From Mytilus trossulus (taxonomy: Eukaryota): a DNA stretch of 64,000 nucleotides. A program made the position numbers and the translations under genes. Under the pieces are notes generated by a model, which was not told the DNA's origin, ran no database searches, and saw nothing but the letters and a program-made list of their open reading frames with translations. How positions within the stretch are numbered: position 1 is the first letter of the stretch; every line of letters starts with the position of its first letter. This document shows, piece by piece, positions 12,913-25,200 of this stretch. Where the stretch lies: positions 46,252,001 to 46,316,000 of the forward strand of contig NC_086381.1 of NCBI RefSeq assembly GCF_036588685.1. Reading direction: 5' to 3'.

Positions 12913-15561
12913 CGAATACTTTTAGTTTTCGCACTCTAACTTTAGTAAAAGTGAATAGAAATCTAGGAAATTTTAACACAAGGTTTATGACCATAAAAGG
13001 AAGGCTGGTATTGATTTTGGGAGTTTTGGTCCCAACATTTTAGGAATTAGGGGCCAAAAAGGGCCCAAATAAGCATTTTCTTGGTTTTCGCACTATAATT
13101 TTAGTTTAAGTTAATAGAAATCTATGAAATTTTGATACAAGGTTTATAACCACAAAAGGAAGGTTGGTATTGATTTTGGGAGTTTTTGTTTCAACAGTTT
13201 AGGAATTAGGGGCCAAAAAAGGGCCCAAATAAGCATTATTCTTGGTTTTCGCACAATAACTTTAGTTAAAGTAAATAGAAATCAATGAAATTTAAACACA
13301 ATGTTTATGACCACAAAAGGAAGGTTGGTATTGATTTTGGAGGTTTTGGTCCCAACAGTTTAGGAATTAGGGGCCAAAAAGGGACCCAAATAAGCATTTT
13401 TCTTGGTTTTCGCACCATAGTGTTAGTATAAGTAAATAGAAATCTATGAAATTTAAACACAAGGTTAATGACTATTAAAGGAAGGTTGGTATTGATTTTG
13501 GGAGTTTTGGTCCCAACAGTTAAGGAAAAAGGGGCCCAAAGGGTCCAAAATTAAATTTTGTTTGATCTCATCAAAATTGAATAATTGGGGTTCTTTAATA
13601 TGCTGAATCTAACTGTGTATGTAGATTCTTAATTTTTGGTCCTGTTTTCAAATTGGTCTACATTAAGGTCCAAAGGGTCCAAAATTAAACTTAGTTTGAT
13701 TTTAACAAAAATTGAAACCTTTGGGTTCTTTGATATGCTGAATCTAAAAATGTACTTAGATTTTTGATTATTGGCCCAGTTTTCAAGTTGGCCCAAATCG
13801 AGGTCCAAAATTAAACATTGTTTGATTTCATCAAAAATTGAATAATTGGGGTTCTTTGATATGCCAAATCTAACTGTGTATGTAGATTCTTAATTTTTGG
13901 TCCAGTTTTAAAATTGGTCTAAATTAAAGTGCAAAGGGTCCAAAAGTAAACTAAGTTTGATTTTAACAAAAATTAAATTCTTGGGCCTCTTTGATATGCT
14001 GAATCTAAACATGTACTTAGATTTTTGATTATGGGCCCACTTTTCAAGTTGGTCCAAATCAGGATCTAAAATTATTATATTAAGTATTGTGCAATAGCAA
14101 GTCTTTTCAATTGCACAGTATTGTGCAATGGCAAGAAATATCTAATTTCACAATATTGTGAAATAGCAAATTTTTTTTTAATTAAGAGTTATCTTTCTTT
14201 GTCCAGTATAGTAAGCAAGAAATATCTGCAATATTTTTTTTTAATTGGAGTTATCTTTCTTTGTCCAGAATCAACTTAAATCTTTGTTATATACAATATA
14301 CAATGTATATTCACTTTTTACTACCAACTGATAAATTTAAATAATCTTTACCATTCAGTGATAACAAGCAGTTTTTTTACATCTTAATATTTTATGATGT
14401 ATTTAAATGAGTAGTAATTGTTGCAAACTCCATTAGAATATTTTAATTGAAATTTTTTTGGAATAAGGGAAAGGGGGATGTGAATAAAAAATTGGGTTCA
14501 ATTTTTCTCATTTGAAATTTCATAAATAAAAAGAAAATTTCTTCAAACATTTTTTTGAGAGGATTAATATTCAACAGCATAGTGAATTGCTCTAGGAGAA
14601 AACAAAAATTTTAAGTTCATTTGAATACATTCATTCTGTGTCAGAAACCTAAGCTGTGTCAACAATTTAATCACAATCCAAATTTAGAGCGGAATCCAGC
14701 TTGAATGTTGTGTCCATACTTGCCCCAACCGTTCAGGGTTCAACCTCTGCGGTCGTATAAAGCTACGCCCTGCGGAGCATCTGGTTTTACTGTTGAAATA
14801 AAAACCATTGATTCATTTTTAAAATGTACAAACTACAAAACAAAATGTTCATTAAAATCAACTACATTAAATTGAAAAAGGGACATTGAGAATGTGTCAT
14901 GCAACCTGACCAAAGAGCAGAAAACAGCAAAAGGCCACCAATGGGTCTTATCTGATTGAAGATTAAAAAAAACAAACTATAATTTAAACATACAAAGAAA
15001 TTGGTATTTGATTCTATGTATATCATAAAAGGAAATTCTTGTTAAAAAAACTATTTCAACATTAATTCATGGTTTAGAGTGAATGATAATCATAAAACAA
15101 ATACAGTCAAACCTGTATATATATGAAGGTCACCCTCTAGACCCGAAAAAAATTACCTCATATCAAAAAAGGTCGTATTTGATTTGAGGTTCCAGAAACA
15201 AAAGGATTGTTACAGCTGAAAAAGGAGAGGTTAGGTTGACAGCAAAGTCTTCACTTTTACAGTTGCCTTTATTACAGGTTTAACTGCATAGGTACATGTC
15301 CCGAATGCATTTACAGAGATTGTTACAAGGGAGATAATTCATGATTTTATTTTAAACTATCATAGACGGTCTTATCTTCATCATTCATTACTTAGTGAAT
15401 AAAATATTTTTTTTCTTTTGGTATATTTCAAAGTCTCTTTGTTACCTTTTGTAGGTTCTACAAGAAATAGTACAGATTTACTGCCAAGATTCAAGCCAGC
15501 AGAATCAAAAACAATAGGAGCTTTTCCTTCTAATCCAGGAATGATATTTAACCCAAAATAA
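10064..15561 (+). CDS. Renalase-like FAD/NAD(P)-binding oxidoreductase, 395 aa; exons 10064-10166, 11458-12435, 15455-15561
   Basis: Exon 1 MERSVAIIGGGISGLVCAARL..VTVFDTG carries the Rossmann GxGxxG. It splices in phase 1 to GKHGPGGRCSSR..FDHSAQYFTV..VIAHNGKCA..QLWGAAVP..GICGDWL..AAISGLALA, then in phase 1 to a terminal exon ending IGAFPSNPGMIFNPK*. All introns are GT-AG; total 1188 nt in frame. Confidence 0.9.
10448..11007. mobile_element. TTAA-flanked non-autonomous DNA transposon (Kolobok-like) in renalase-like intron; partial relative at ~50627-50745
   Basis: TTAA at 10444-10447 and 11008-11011; 14-bp TIR GGAGGCTCGCGGGT / ACCCGCGAGCCCCC. Confidence 0.8.
12795..14786 (+). mobile_element. 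Helentron-associated (HINE/DINE-like) element with (GTC)n microsatellite and internal satellite arrays
   Basis: Subterminal inverted repeat TTTATACGACCGCA / TGCGGTCGTATAAA, ~(GTC)20, four ~160-bp units containing GGGCCC-type sites, short 3' hairpin, T-rich insertion site. Confidence 0.8.
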
Positions 15562-17021
15562 ATAACTTATTTCTCAGGCCATATTTGTTGCTTTTAATAT
15601 AGTTTCTCAAATTATATTTCCTGAAGTCTTTAGTTTTATGTATGCAAGCTAATTTTTTTTTTTTTTTTTTTTTAATTTAAAATAACATATGAAACTCAAA
15701 CTTAAAATGTCCATTTATTATCAATAAGGACAAGGATGGCTACATCACCAGGTCACCATATAACCCTCAACGTTGAGCAAAACCACATCAGAACAGCTGG
15801 CCCTTATATAAAAACGTGTACTAGTTCAGTGAAAATGGACGTCATTCTAAACTCCAAAAACTAAAATTAAAAAGAAATAAAAGACTAACAAAGTCCAGAG
15901 GCTCCTGACTTGGGACATATTTACCATAAACATGTGAATTCCATAAAAAAAATCAGAAACCCTGAAAAATCAGTACATGCACAGCAAAAAAAAAGCATAC
16001 AAAAAACAATGGAATAGCCCTTTTGATTGCTGTTCTTCATCTCAAGGTCATTGTAAGGCTTTCAACATTGAGCAAAAAAAAAAACTCACCTCCCTTCAAG
16101 TGTGAATAATATGATTTATTCATATAGGCTTCTGTTTCATAAAAGTTTGAAGCAAAGTGTGACTTGTTGTATTGTCTAGCTAGCAAACAAATGTAGCAGG
16201 AACTCTAATGATGCATCATGCAGTGTGATTTGATCTTTAAATAAAGCTAAAGGTAGATACATGTAGCATGTGACAATAGTCACAATATGCAAGTTAGAGG
16301 GATTACTATCCAGTAATTATGATTTCATGAACTTTAATATAGGTTAACTACATTTTGGTGTAAAATTTACATATCCTACTGTTAGGTTTCATCTAACCTC
16401 CCCTTCATTTTCATGATTCACTTTTTATGATTTGGTTTATTTGCCAGTTTCTATAAGGAGTAGGGCCCCTTATTTTAGTGTAAGTGATAAGTGAACGCTG
16501 TATAGTCTGTCTAATAGGTATCATCTGACTTTGACCCACTTTCATGGCTAATAAGTTAAGAATGTTTTCATGGCTTTGTCATATGCTAAAAGCAATAGGT
16601 CAACTATATTGGGTGAATGAAATGATTTGAAGGAATACATGTCTGTCTGGCTGGTTTCATCCACCTTTGACCTCATTTTCATTGTTGAGACACAAGTCAT
16701 TGTTAGATTTCCTTGGATTTTGTCTGTTCTTCAGATTCTACAAGCAATTGGTCTGTTATGTTTGGTTTATGAAATGCTTGTGTGATGTACATGTTGTCTG
16801 GCAGAGTTTATTTGACCTTATTTTTATGGTTCATTGGTCAAATGTTGAACTTTTATACCCACTTTGTGTGTGGTGCATAACTTTGGTTCTGCAACACATG
16901 AGCTATCCAGACTTGCACATTGCAAAAGGTCAAGTTTTTTCTTTACTGTGAATGACGTCTTTACACTAAATCCTTTGGATGTGGGGTGTGTAAGTTATGA
17001 TAATTTAGTCTTAGTTGCATG

Positions 17022-18116
17022 ATTTTTGTTGATCCTGCAACTTTTGTTGCAGAAACCTCGACATAGGGATAGTGATCCAGCGGCGGCTACCGCGGCGGTG
17101 TTAGCTAACTTCTTAAAAGGTTTATATTTTAGAAGGTGAAAGACCTGGATGCTTCATACTTTGTATATAAATGCCTCATGTTAAGAAGTTTCCGTCAGTC
17201 ACATGTCCAATGTCCTTGACCTCATTTTCATGTTTCAGTGACCACTTGAAAAAAAAGTTCAGAATTTTAGTAATGTTGAATTTTCTGTTATTATAAGTAA
17301 TAAGATAACTATATTTGGTATTTGCATACCTTGCAAGGACCTCATGCCTGTCAGACAGTTTCACTTGACCTCGACCTCATTTCATGGATCAGTGAACAAG
17401 GTTAAGTTTTGGTGGTCAAGTCCATATCTCAGATACTATAAGCAATAGGGCTAGTATATTTGGTGTATGGAAGTACTGTAAGGTGTACATGTCCAACTGG
17501 CAGGTGTCATCTGACCTTGACCTCATTTACATGGTTCAGTGGTTATAGTTAAGTTTTTGTGTTTTGGTCTGTTTTCTCATACTTTATGCAATAGGTCTAC
17601 TATATTTGTTGTATGGAATGATTGTTAGGTGTACATGTCTAGCGGCAGATGTCATCCTACCTTGACCTCATTTTCATGGTTCAGTGGTCAAAGTTCAGTT
17701 TTTAAGTTTTGGTCTAATATGTTTATCTAATATTATATGCCAAAGGTCAACTATATTTGGTGTATGAAAATATATTATGATCTATATGTCAGTCCCGCAG
17801 GTTTTATTTGACCATGACCTCAATTTCAAGGTTCATTGCACAGTGTTAAGTTTTTGTGTTTTGGTCTATTTTTCTTAAACTATAAGTAATAGGTCAACTA
17901 TATTTGTTGTATGGAAGCATTGTTAGCTGTACATGTCTGCCTGGTATGGTTCATCCAACCTTGACATCATTTTCATGGTTCGTTGGTCTTTGTTTAGCTG
18001 TCTTGGTTAATGTTAAGTTTATGTGAAAGTTGTAATAAAGCTTTATATTTAGGTCTACCAACATAATATCAATGATAAGTAAAGAAGGCGAGACATTTCA
18101 GTGTGTGCACTCTTGT
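17022..18116 (+). mobile_element. HINE-like element with ~147-bp internal tandem units; degenerate units also at ~16330-16850
   Basis: Repeated GACCTTGACCTCATTTTCATGGTTCA units, 5' hairpin TGCAAC..GTTGCA, 3' end GTGTGCACTCTTGTT. Confidence 0.7.
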
Positions 18117-21100
18117 TTTTTTATTAGTTTATAGTGGCTTTGAACTTGCTTCCATTAACTGTGAGTACTCTCAGATCAGTACTTAGTGTATTTTCGTTGG
18201 GATATAGAAGTACCCAGCACCAACTCGGTGTTTTTGTTCTATGGATTTCTTTTTATCCATCTGATGAGTTAAGCCTTTGAAACTGATTTTTATAGTTTGT
18301 TCTTATACTATACTGTTACACCATTTTCCCACTTTAGAGGAGGGTTGAGATCCCGCTTACCTGTTTAACCCTGCACATTCTGTATGAATATGCTTGTCCC
18401 AAGTCGGAAACCTGTATTTCAGCAGTTGTGGTTGGTTGATGTGTGACATATTTGTTTTTCGCTCATTTCTAGTACATTAGTTAGGCCTTTAGTTTTCTCA
18501 TTTTAAATGTTTTACATTTGTCATTTGTGGATTTGATAGCGGACTATGTGGTACATGTATTGACTTTGCTCATTGTTGAAAACCGTACAGTGATCATAAA
18601 TTGTTGATTTCTGTGTCATTAGGTTCCTCATGGAGAGTTGAGTCATAATCTCATTGGCAATCGTACCATATCTTATTTTTTATATTGGTATGCAGTTGCA
18701 TTATGGGCTGGGAGGGATTTGTGTCTTGTATCAATGTTAGATCACCTTGACCTTGACTTTGAACTTTGACAGTTAATATTGTCCAATTCGTATCTGTTGC
18801 ATGACGTTTGTTCCTGAGCACTTTGTATGCAGTTGCATTATGGGATGGGGATATATGTCATATAACACATTTTGAATTTGACCCCCAGTATAGTAAAATA
18901 TTATCCAGCGCATGTCGGGTGCATACATTTTTAACTAAATGCTTCCACAATTGTCCCCCTTGACAATAAATAATAAACTATAACTTCAATGTATTCAATA
19001 TTTTTATATTATTATTTATATAAATATGCACAAAATAAATATCAAATGTGAAGACACTTTGTATAAAAAGAATACTTAAATAACATTTGTTGAATTATAA
19101 CATGTTAAAAACACATTCAAGAGTGGTAAAATCACATTGTCTTTTATCATGGTTTCTTCTGTAAACTGGTTAAAGGATATTCATAATTAATCATATAATG
19201 ATTTTTGATTCATCTGCTCACCCTTGGTCTTATTCCACTGTTAAATCGATGATTAATAAAGTAATGTTAGACTTTGTAGACAAGATTGCTTGGGGTAAAC
19301 AAACATTTGTATCAAAGGGTACAAAGCTTGAATTTTCAAGAGCTGTCATTTAACCAAAGTGTATGTTATTAATTTTGGATCATAGAATGTTACATGTAAG
19401 ATCTACTGAAGAAATAACATGTCAGTGGTGTTAATCCTCATGATAAAAAATAGTAACTTAATAAATAAATATCCCCCCCAAAAATCTGGACCTTAACATT
19501 TACAGTTATCCTTCCACTAAAAATTTTAAAGTTTTTAATGTAAGCTGTCTAAAGACTTTTTTCATGTTTTAGTAATTATTTAGCAGGGGACATAACTCAC
19601 AAGATTAGACAAAGCCTGATAATGATTTCCTAACAAAGAAAATGTCATTCACTACATGATTAGGAAAGATAAGTAGGAAATTAATAAACCTATACATATA
19701 AGACACAATATTGCAATACATATACAGGTATATTGCATTAGATCTAAATCAGCAGTAAACTTGTTTGTGCCAAGAGTTACTTCCCATGTTAAAATTGTAT
19801 AAGGGAGACAACTTCTGTTATCAAGAGATTACTGACAATACTATTGCCACACTATTTTGAATTTCATGACAATTGTATTATTTATAAACCAATACTGCTG
19901 TTAGGTAAAATTACATGGGAAGAAAAGTTCACTTATATTTAATTCTTGTGATAGAAACATGGTTATATAAAAAAAGAAGAAAAAAACAAACAAAATACCA
20001 ACAAACTTGAGCAGCAGTAACAAAAAGGAATTCATTAACAAGAAGAAATCGAACAAACACTAATTAAACAAAATTTAAATATGGTTTAACAGTTTAGAAA
20101 CATGAAAAAGATTAACATGATTTAATACTAAATAACAAGATATGGATTTCATGATCAGAGTAAACAATTTTTTATACAAATATTTTATTGCATTTCCTTT
20201 ATATATATGTGATTATACAACTAAAAAAGTTGACATTTTTCATCTTTTTAGTATATTTGATCATCTTTCCTTAACAATAGAAAGACTGAGCACACAAACA
20301 CAGATACAAATTATGCATATTTTCAATGGGAGATAACCCTAGCTTTTAAAGATAGAAATATTGCAGACCTCAGTCAGAAAATTCAATAAAAACTATTTTC
20401 AAAAATATATAAATAAAGAAAACATAACAAAAATGTCAGATTCTTTCAGGTGTTTTTATTCATATAAGAATATCAGCTGTATTGTATGCAAATATATTAC
20501 GGACTGTATAATGAATATGTAAAGAATGAATATGCATGAGGTGAAATTTAAATAATGAACTTTAATAATTTTGTGTCATGGATGGATACCCCATATACTT
20601 TGTTTTCTATTTTAAAAATTTAAATGAAATTAATGCTTATATTCAACAGGAAATACTTATCCTTTCATCGCAAATCTATATATTAATTTTAGTAGTCATT
20701 TTTATGATATGAATATGGTTTTGTAAGACTTATATTAGCTACTTTACATAATGAAAGATTGTCTTTGGTTCAAATTTGTCTATCAACTAATAAATGGATC
20801 TGGGTAAAAAAATAAATAAAGAATATTAAACCTATAGTTACTAGCTAAGAGACCTCTAATAACTGGTTTTTGACCACTAACATACAACAATACTTTCAAT
20901 TTTATGAACAATGAGAACAAACTACAAATTCTATAGATTTTGGAATTGCAAACCGAGCGAATAATCGCTAAATGGGTATGCCTATGAATTACTATAGGAT
21001 ACATACATTCAATGTCTAAATAAATGCAGTCATAAACATATCTCATTTCAAGACCTGCTTGAAGTTCCAGGTGCTAAATATTTAAGAAGTGATAGTATAA

Positions 21101-22274
21101 GACCTAATGCCCAAAAATACAATGTTTAATGATCTACATCCGAAAAAATGAGACTCAAAACTAACTTATATGTCCTATAACTAAAAATTCTAATTTGGGT
21201 GATATGAAAAAAGTGGTGGCCCATGTATCTGTCCTTTTTTTTAAACTGGCAGATTGTGATTCAAAATTTATGTGATGGAACTAAACTTGTAGGACTCACT
21301 CATAGATGAATTATATTCTATGTGGTAAAAATGAATTATGATAACATTTTTCAAAAGTTGTTTCTTAGGAAACAGCATCAAACTGCCCTATTAACACAAT
21401 ATTAAGGATATATCTATCAGGAAGCTGTAATCATCAGGAAAATGTTACTTTTTGAGGAAAAAAATGGAATTTAATTTTTATATGCAGAAAATCATGCTAA
21501 GCATGTAAGTGAAAAGACTTTGACTTTATAAACATTTATAATTGTATTCAAACTGTCTGTGATATAAAGTATGAACTGTGTCAATCTTTAATATACAATG
21601 AGAGGAGACAGCAAATTTTAGAACTCATATGACAATTAGGGTTTTTATTTACTGTGAAATTATGATTGAATTTTATGGTTAATTGGGGCCTAAAAAGTTT
21701 TTACTGGACAACCAATACAATTTATTTTTTTAACCTAACATTCCTAACAAAAAGTGAACAAAAATTTATTTTCAATTAAACACATTTTTTCTCTCCATTT
21801 TTTTTAATGAATTTCTATCAAACTTAACTACAAACCGGTACAACTTTCCATTTAAGTCAACACCAAGAAAACATTTTGTTGTAAAACATTATATAGGATT
21901 TTTACAGCAAATATAATTGCAGAAGATTTGTCATTTGTCATATCATTGGTAAACAATTTAGACCATGTCAATCAGTTACTGACTCCAATGATACAAGTTG
22001 ATATGCCATCTTTATATTAAACACAACTTAAATTTACCCTTTCAAAATGACATTAACACTAACTCATGGTTCTGTTTAAGTATACTTTATACTCCAGACC
22101 AATAAAAGTTGAAGTCTCCAATTATTGGTTCATATTTATAAAAGATGATTGCCAACTATCCTCCAATTCAAAGACAACCAGAATTGACCCCAATTGTCAT
22201 GCTATTGAACACAAAAAATATAACTAACAGAGGTAAAATCAAATTAGCCATATAAATACTGGTCCATAATACAC

Positions 22275-25200
22275 TTATTTATGTTTCTTTGTTTCAACAT
22301 GTCCATTGATGGTTGATTTGTCATTAGATATATGACCATTGGCCTTGGAAGATTTAACTGTTCCATTTGATTCTTTCTTGGAGGCCTGAAAAATAAAATA
22401 CAAAAAAGTTTAAGACAAAATTGAATTAAAATGTGAAGATAACGATTAATGAAAAATATCATTTTTGTGTTTACATAATTTACCTTCATTAAGTTTCAGA
22501 AATGATTCAACAGATTACATGCAATAACACTTTTAAAAAAAAACATTTACATAGGAATCATGTTGATTGTGAGATAGGATACAATACAATGTACTACCTT
22601 CTTAATAAATCAGGAATTTGTCCATGGAACGCAGATGATGCCCGGCTTGCATGTAATGTTTTAAAGGGACACAACTTAAGAACTGTTAAAGTGATACTGC
22701 CCAAATTTGTACTTGATCTGTGTTTCGTTGTAATAAGCATTGTGTATATGTTTCATAACATTTAGTTGAGGCAAACTTAAGTTATAGAATGGATATAAAA
22801 ATTCCTCAACAATCAGTAAATGGGGGATAACTCTACAACAATAAAAGTGATGCCACTAATATTTTAACTTTATCTGTGTTTTGTGGTAATAAGCAATTGT
22901 GTATATGACATTTGGTTGAGGCAACTGAATTTAGAAACCAATTTTTCGGTACCAACAGACATACAGAAAGAGAAGGGTAAAACTTAATGCCCCCTCTGCT
23001 ACGGCTGGGGCAAAAAAATGGTCTGATTCACAAAAACCACGACACAAAAACTACACCTAGTTTTTGGTGGGGATTGTGTTGCTCAAACTTAATCTTTCTA
23101 TGTTATTTTGTGTACTATTTTTGTCTCTTGGTCTTTTTTTCTCTTTTAGTCATGGTGTTGAACTTTTTGTTGTTGACTTAGTAAAAAAAAAATGATGAAG
23201 AATTTCTTTCCTTGTATTAAATATCTCTTTCTCAAAATCTATCCCCATATATATTTTCTTTTTTAAAATACAAAATATAAATGGAAATATAATCAGGAAT
23301 TCTTGTTCAATCAAAAATGTAAACAAAAACAAAAACTTTACCTTTCTTCTTACTGATTTGATATATGCATGGAAATAAAAGTTGAGAAACAGGCACAGAA
23401 TGGTGAAGGCATAGAAAACAAGTGCCCACTGCATCCACATTGGAAATTCACATTGTCTGACCAGTGACTGGGCAGCATGGGCAATTCCTACCACAAATTG
23501 GATCTAAATTAAAGAAAACAATAATAAATACAAATAATATTATTACCTTTGACCTTGCTGGCCTCTTTATATATGTCTGGATATAAAAGTTGAGGAACAG
23601 TGCTATTATAGTTGCACCATAACAAAAGCCTGCATACTGCATCCATTTTGGGAAGTCACAATCGAAGTAAAGACTTTGAAGAGTGTAAATCATGCCTACA
23701 TAGAATTGGGTCTAGAAAGAGAAACATAATAATATGTACTTTACAATTGGAGCATTTTTTTTCATGCTTCATGCAAATTATTTCAGAATGTTCATGCTTC
23801 GTACAAAATTTTATAGAGATGCAACTATTTTCCACCTCATGCAGAACATGTTTAAAGATAAAGCTGCAATAGTTTTAGTTCAAGTAAATTTTCTAAGATT
23901 TTGATTTCAAATTATTTTTAAAAATTCCAATTAAACTTAATTATTTGAAAGCAACTCATTAGATCTTTACAACATTTTTCAATGGTAAAATTTATTTTCA
24001 ACAAATAGTTCTATTTTATCTATCAATTTTATATTGCAAAATGATAGATGAGTTAGTCAATGAATACTGTTACATGTGCAGACACAATGTATGTCTTGAG
24101 TGAAAATATTGGGATGTTGAGTAAGAGTGCATGCCAATAAGAAATTATATGGAGACGGATTAATAAAAGTTTTATTCAAACTTTTTTCTGAATCCCATAT
24201 TTGAACTTTATGTAACATTGTAATATTTATCTTGTAATATTTCATTAACAAATACTGTTTAAATTAAGAAGTTACATATTTGATCTTAATTTTAGAATGC
24301 TAGAAATTGTTCAAATAAATAAACCTAATTATTTTCACAGAAAAAAAATCTACATTCTTCATGAATCTATTAAAAAGCTTTGCCAACTTTGTGAATCAAT
24401 TTTCTTTTATTATACTTAATCTTAGTTGACCTTCAAGTCTGCAATAAGTTTAAACCAAAATAAAAAGTAACTACAAGTCAAATTAATTGTAAGTTTTGAA
24501 ACATTTCTTAATTCTCATTCTTAATCTGCAACTCTTTTGATATTAAATCTTATCTTACAAATAAAAGTCATGAACATTTCTGTATTACTCATGATCAATT
24601 TTAAGCATTAGATTTTTTATGAAAAGAGTTGCTCAACTCTTCAAAATTTTAAAAATAAATACTCTTTAGAATCTTTCAAAAGACATTCACTAAAAGCCAG
24701 TGTAAAGATAAACATTTTATCACCTAATCAGGTTAAAATAATTTAGGATCAAATCTAATTTTGTTCTGAGTACAACACCTACAAAAGCTAGTATGTCAAC
24801 ATTTTGCTATTTTGCATTGTACATGTATTTGTTAAAGGTGTTGGTGCAGAAAGATAGACACATACTGAATGTATAAAGATTATATGACAATAGAGGCATC
24901 TTCTTGTTATAGTATGTCTACATGTAAGAAGGCAATATAAAATTTCTGCATACATATTAAGTTTATAAAATAGAAAAAGTTCTATGGAGTCAAGCTTAGT
25001 TCAGACATATCAAAGAATATTTTGGTTTTTTTTACAATCTCTGTAGGACAGGTTTTTTTTTTGTGAATATAAATTTTTGTACTAAACTTTTTTTTTGTGA
25101 ATATTTCTTAGAAATATGAAGAAAGTTTTTTTTTTACAAAATATATGCATCTTAAAAGTATATATAAATAAGTGTTTGCAAATCTATAAATTCATAACGT

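Noticed and set aside
12745-13043. Protamine-like poly-Arg ORF and poly-Val ORF
   Set aside because: Both are translations of the (GTC)n microsatellite inside a HINE element within an intron; the second copy of the element has only 3 units.
23342-23711. One of the duplicated ELOVL4 exons being a pseudo-exon or assembly duplication
   Set aside because: The copies are highly diverged, yet both are open, keep the invariant residues and have intact splice sites.
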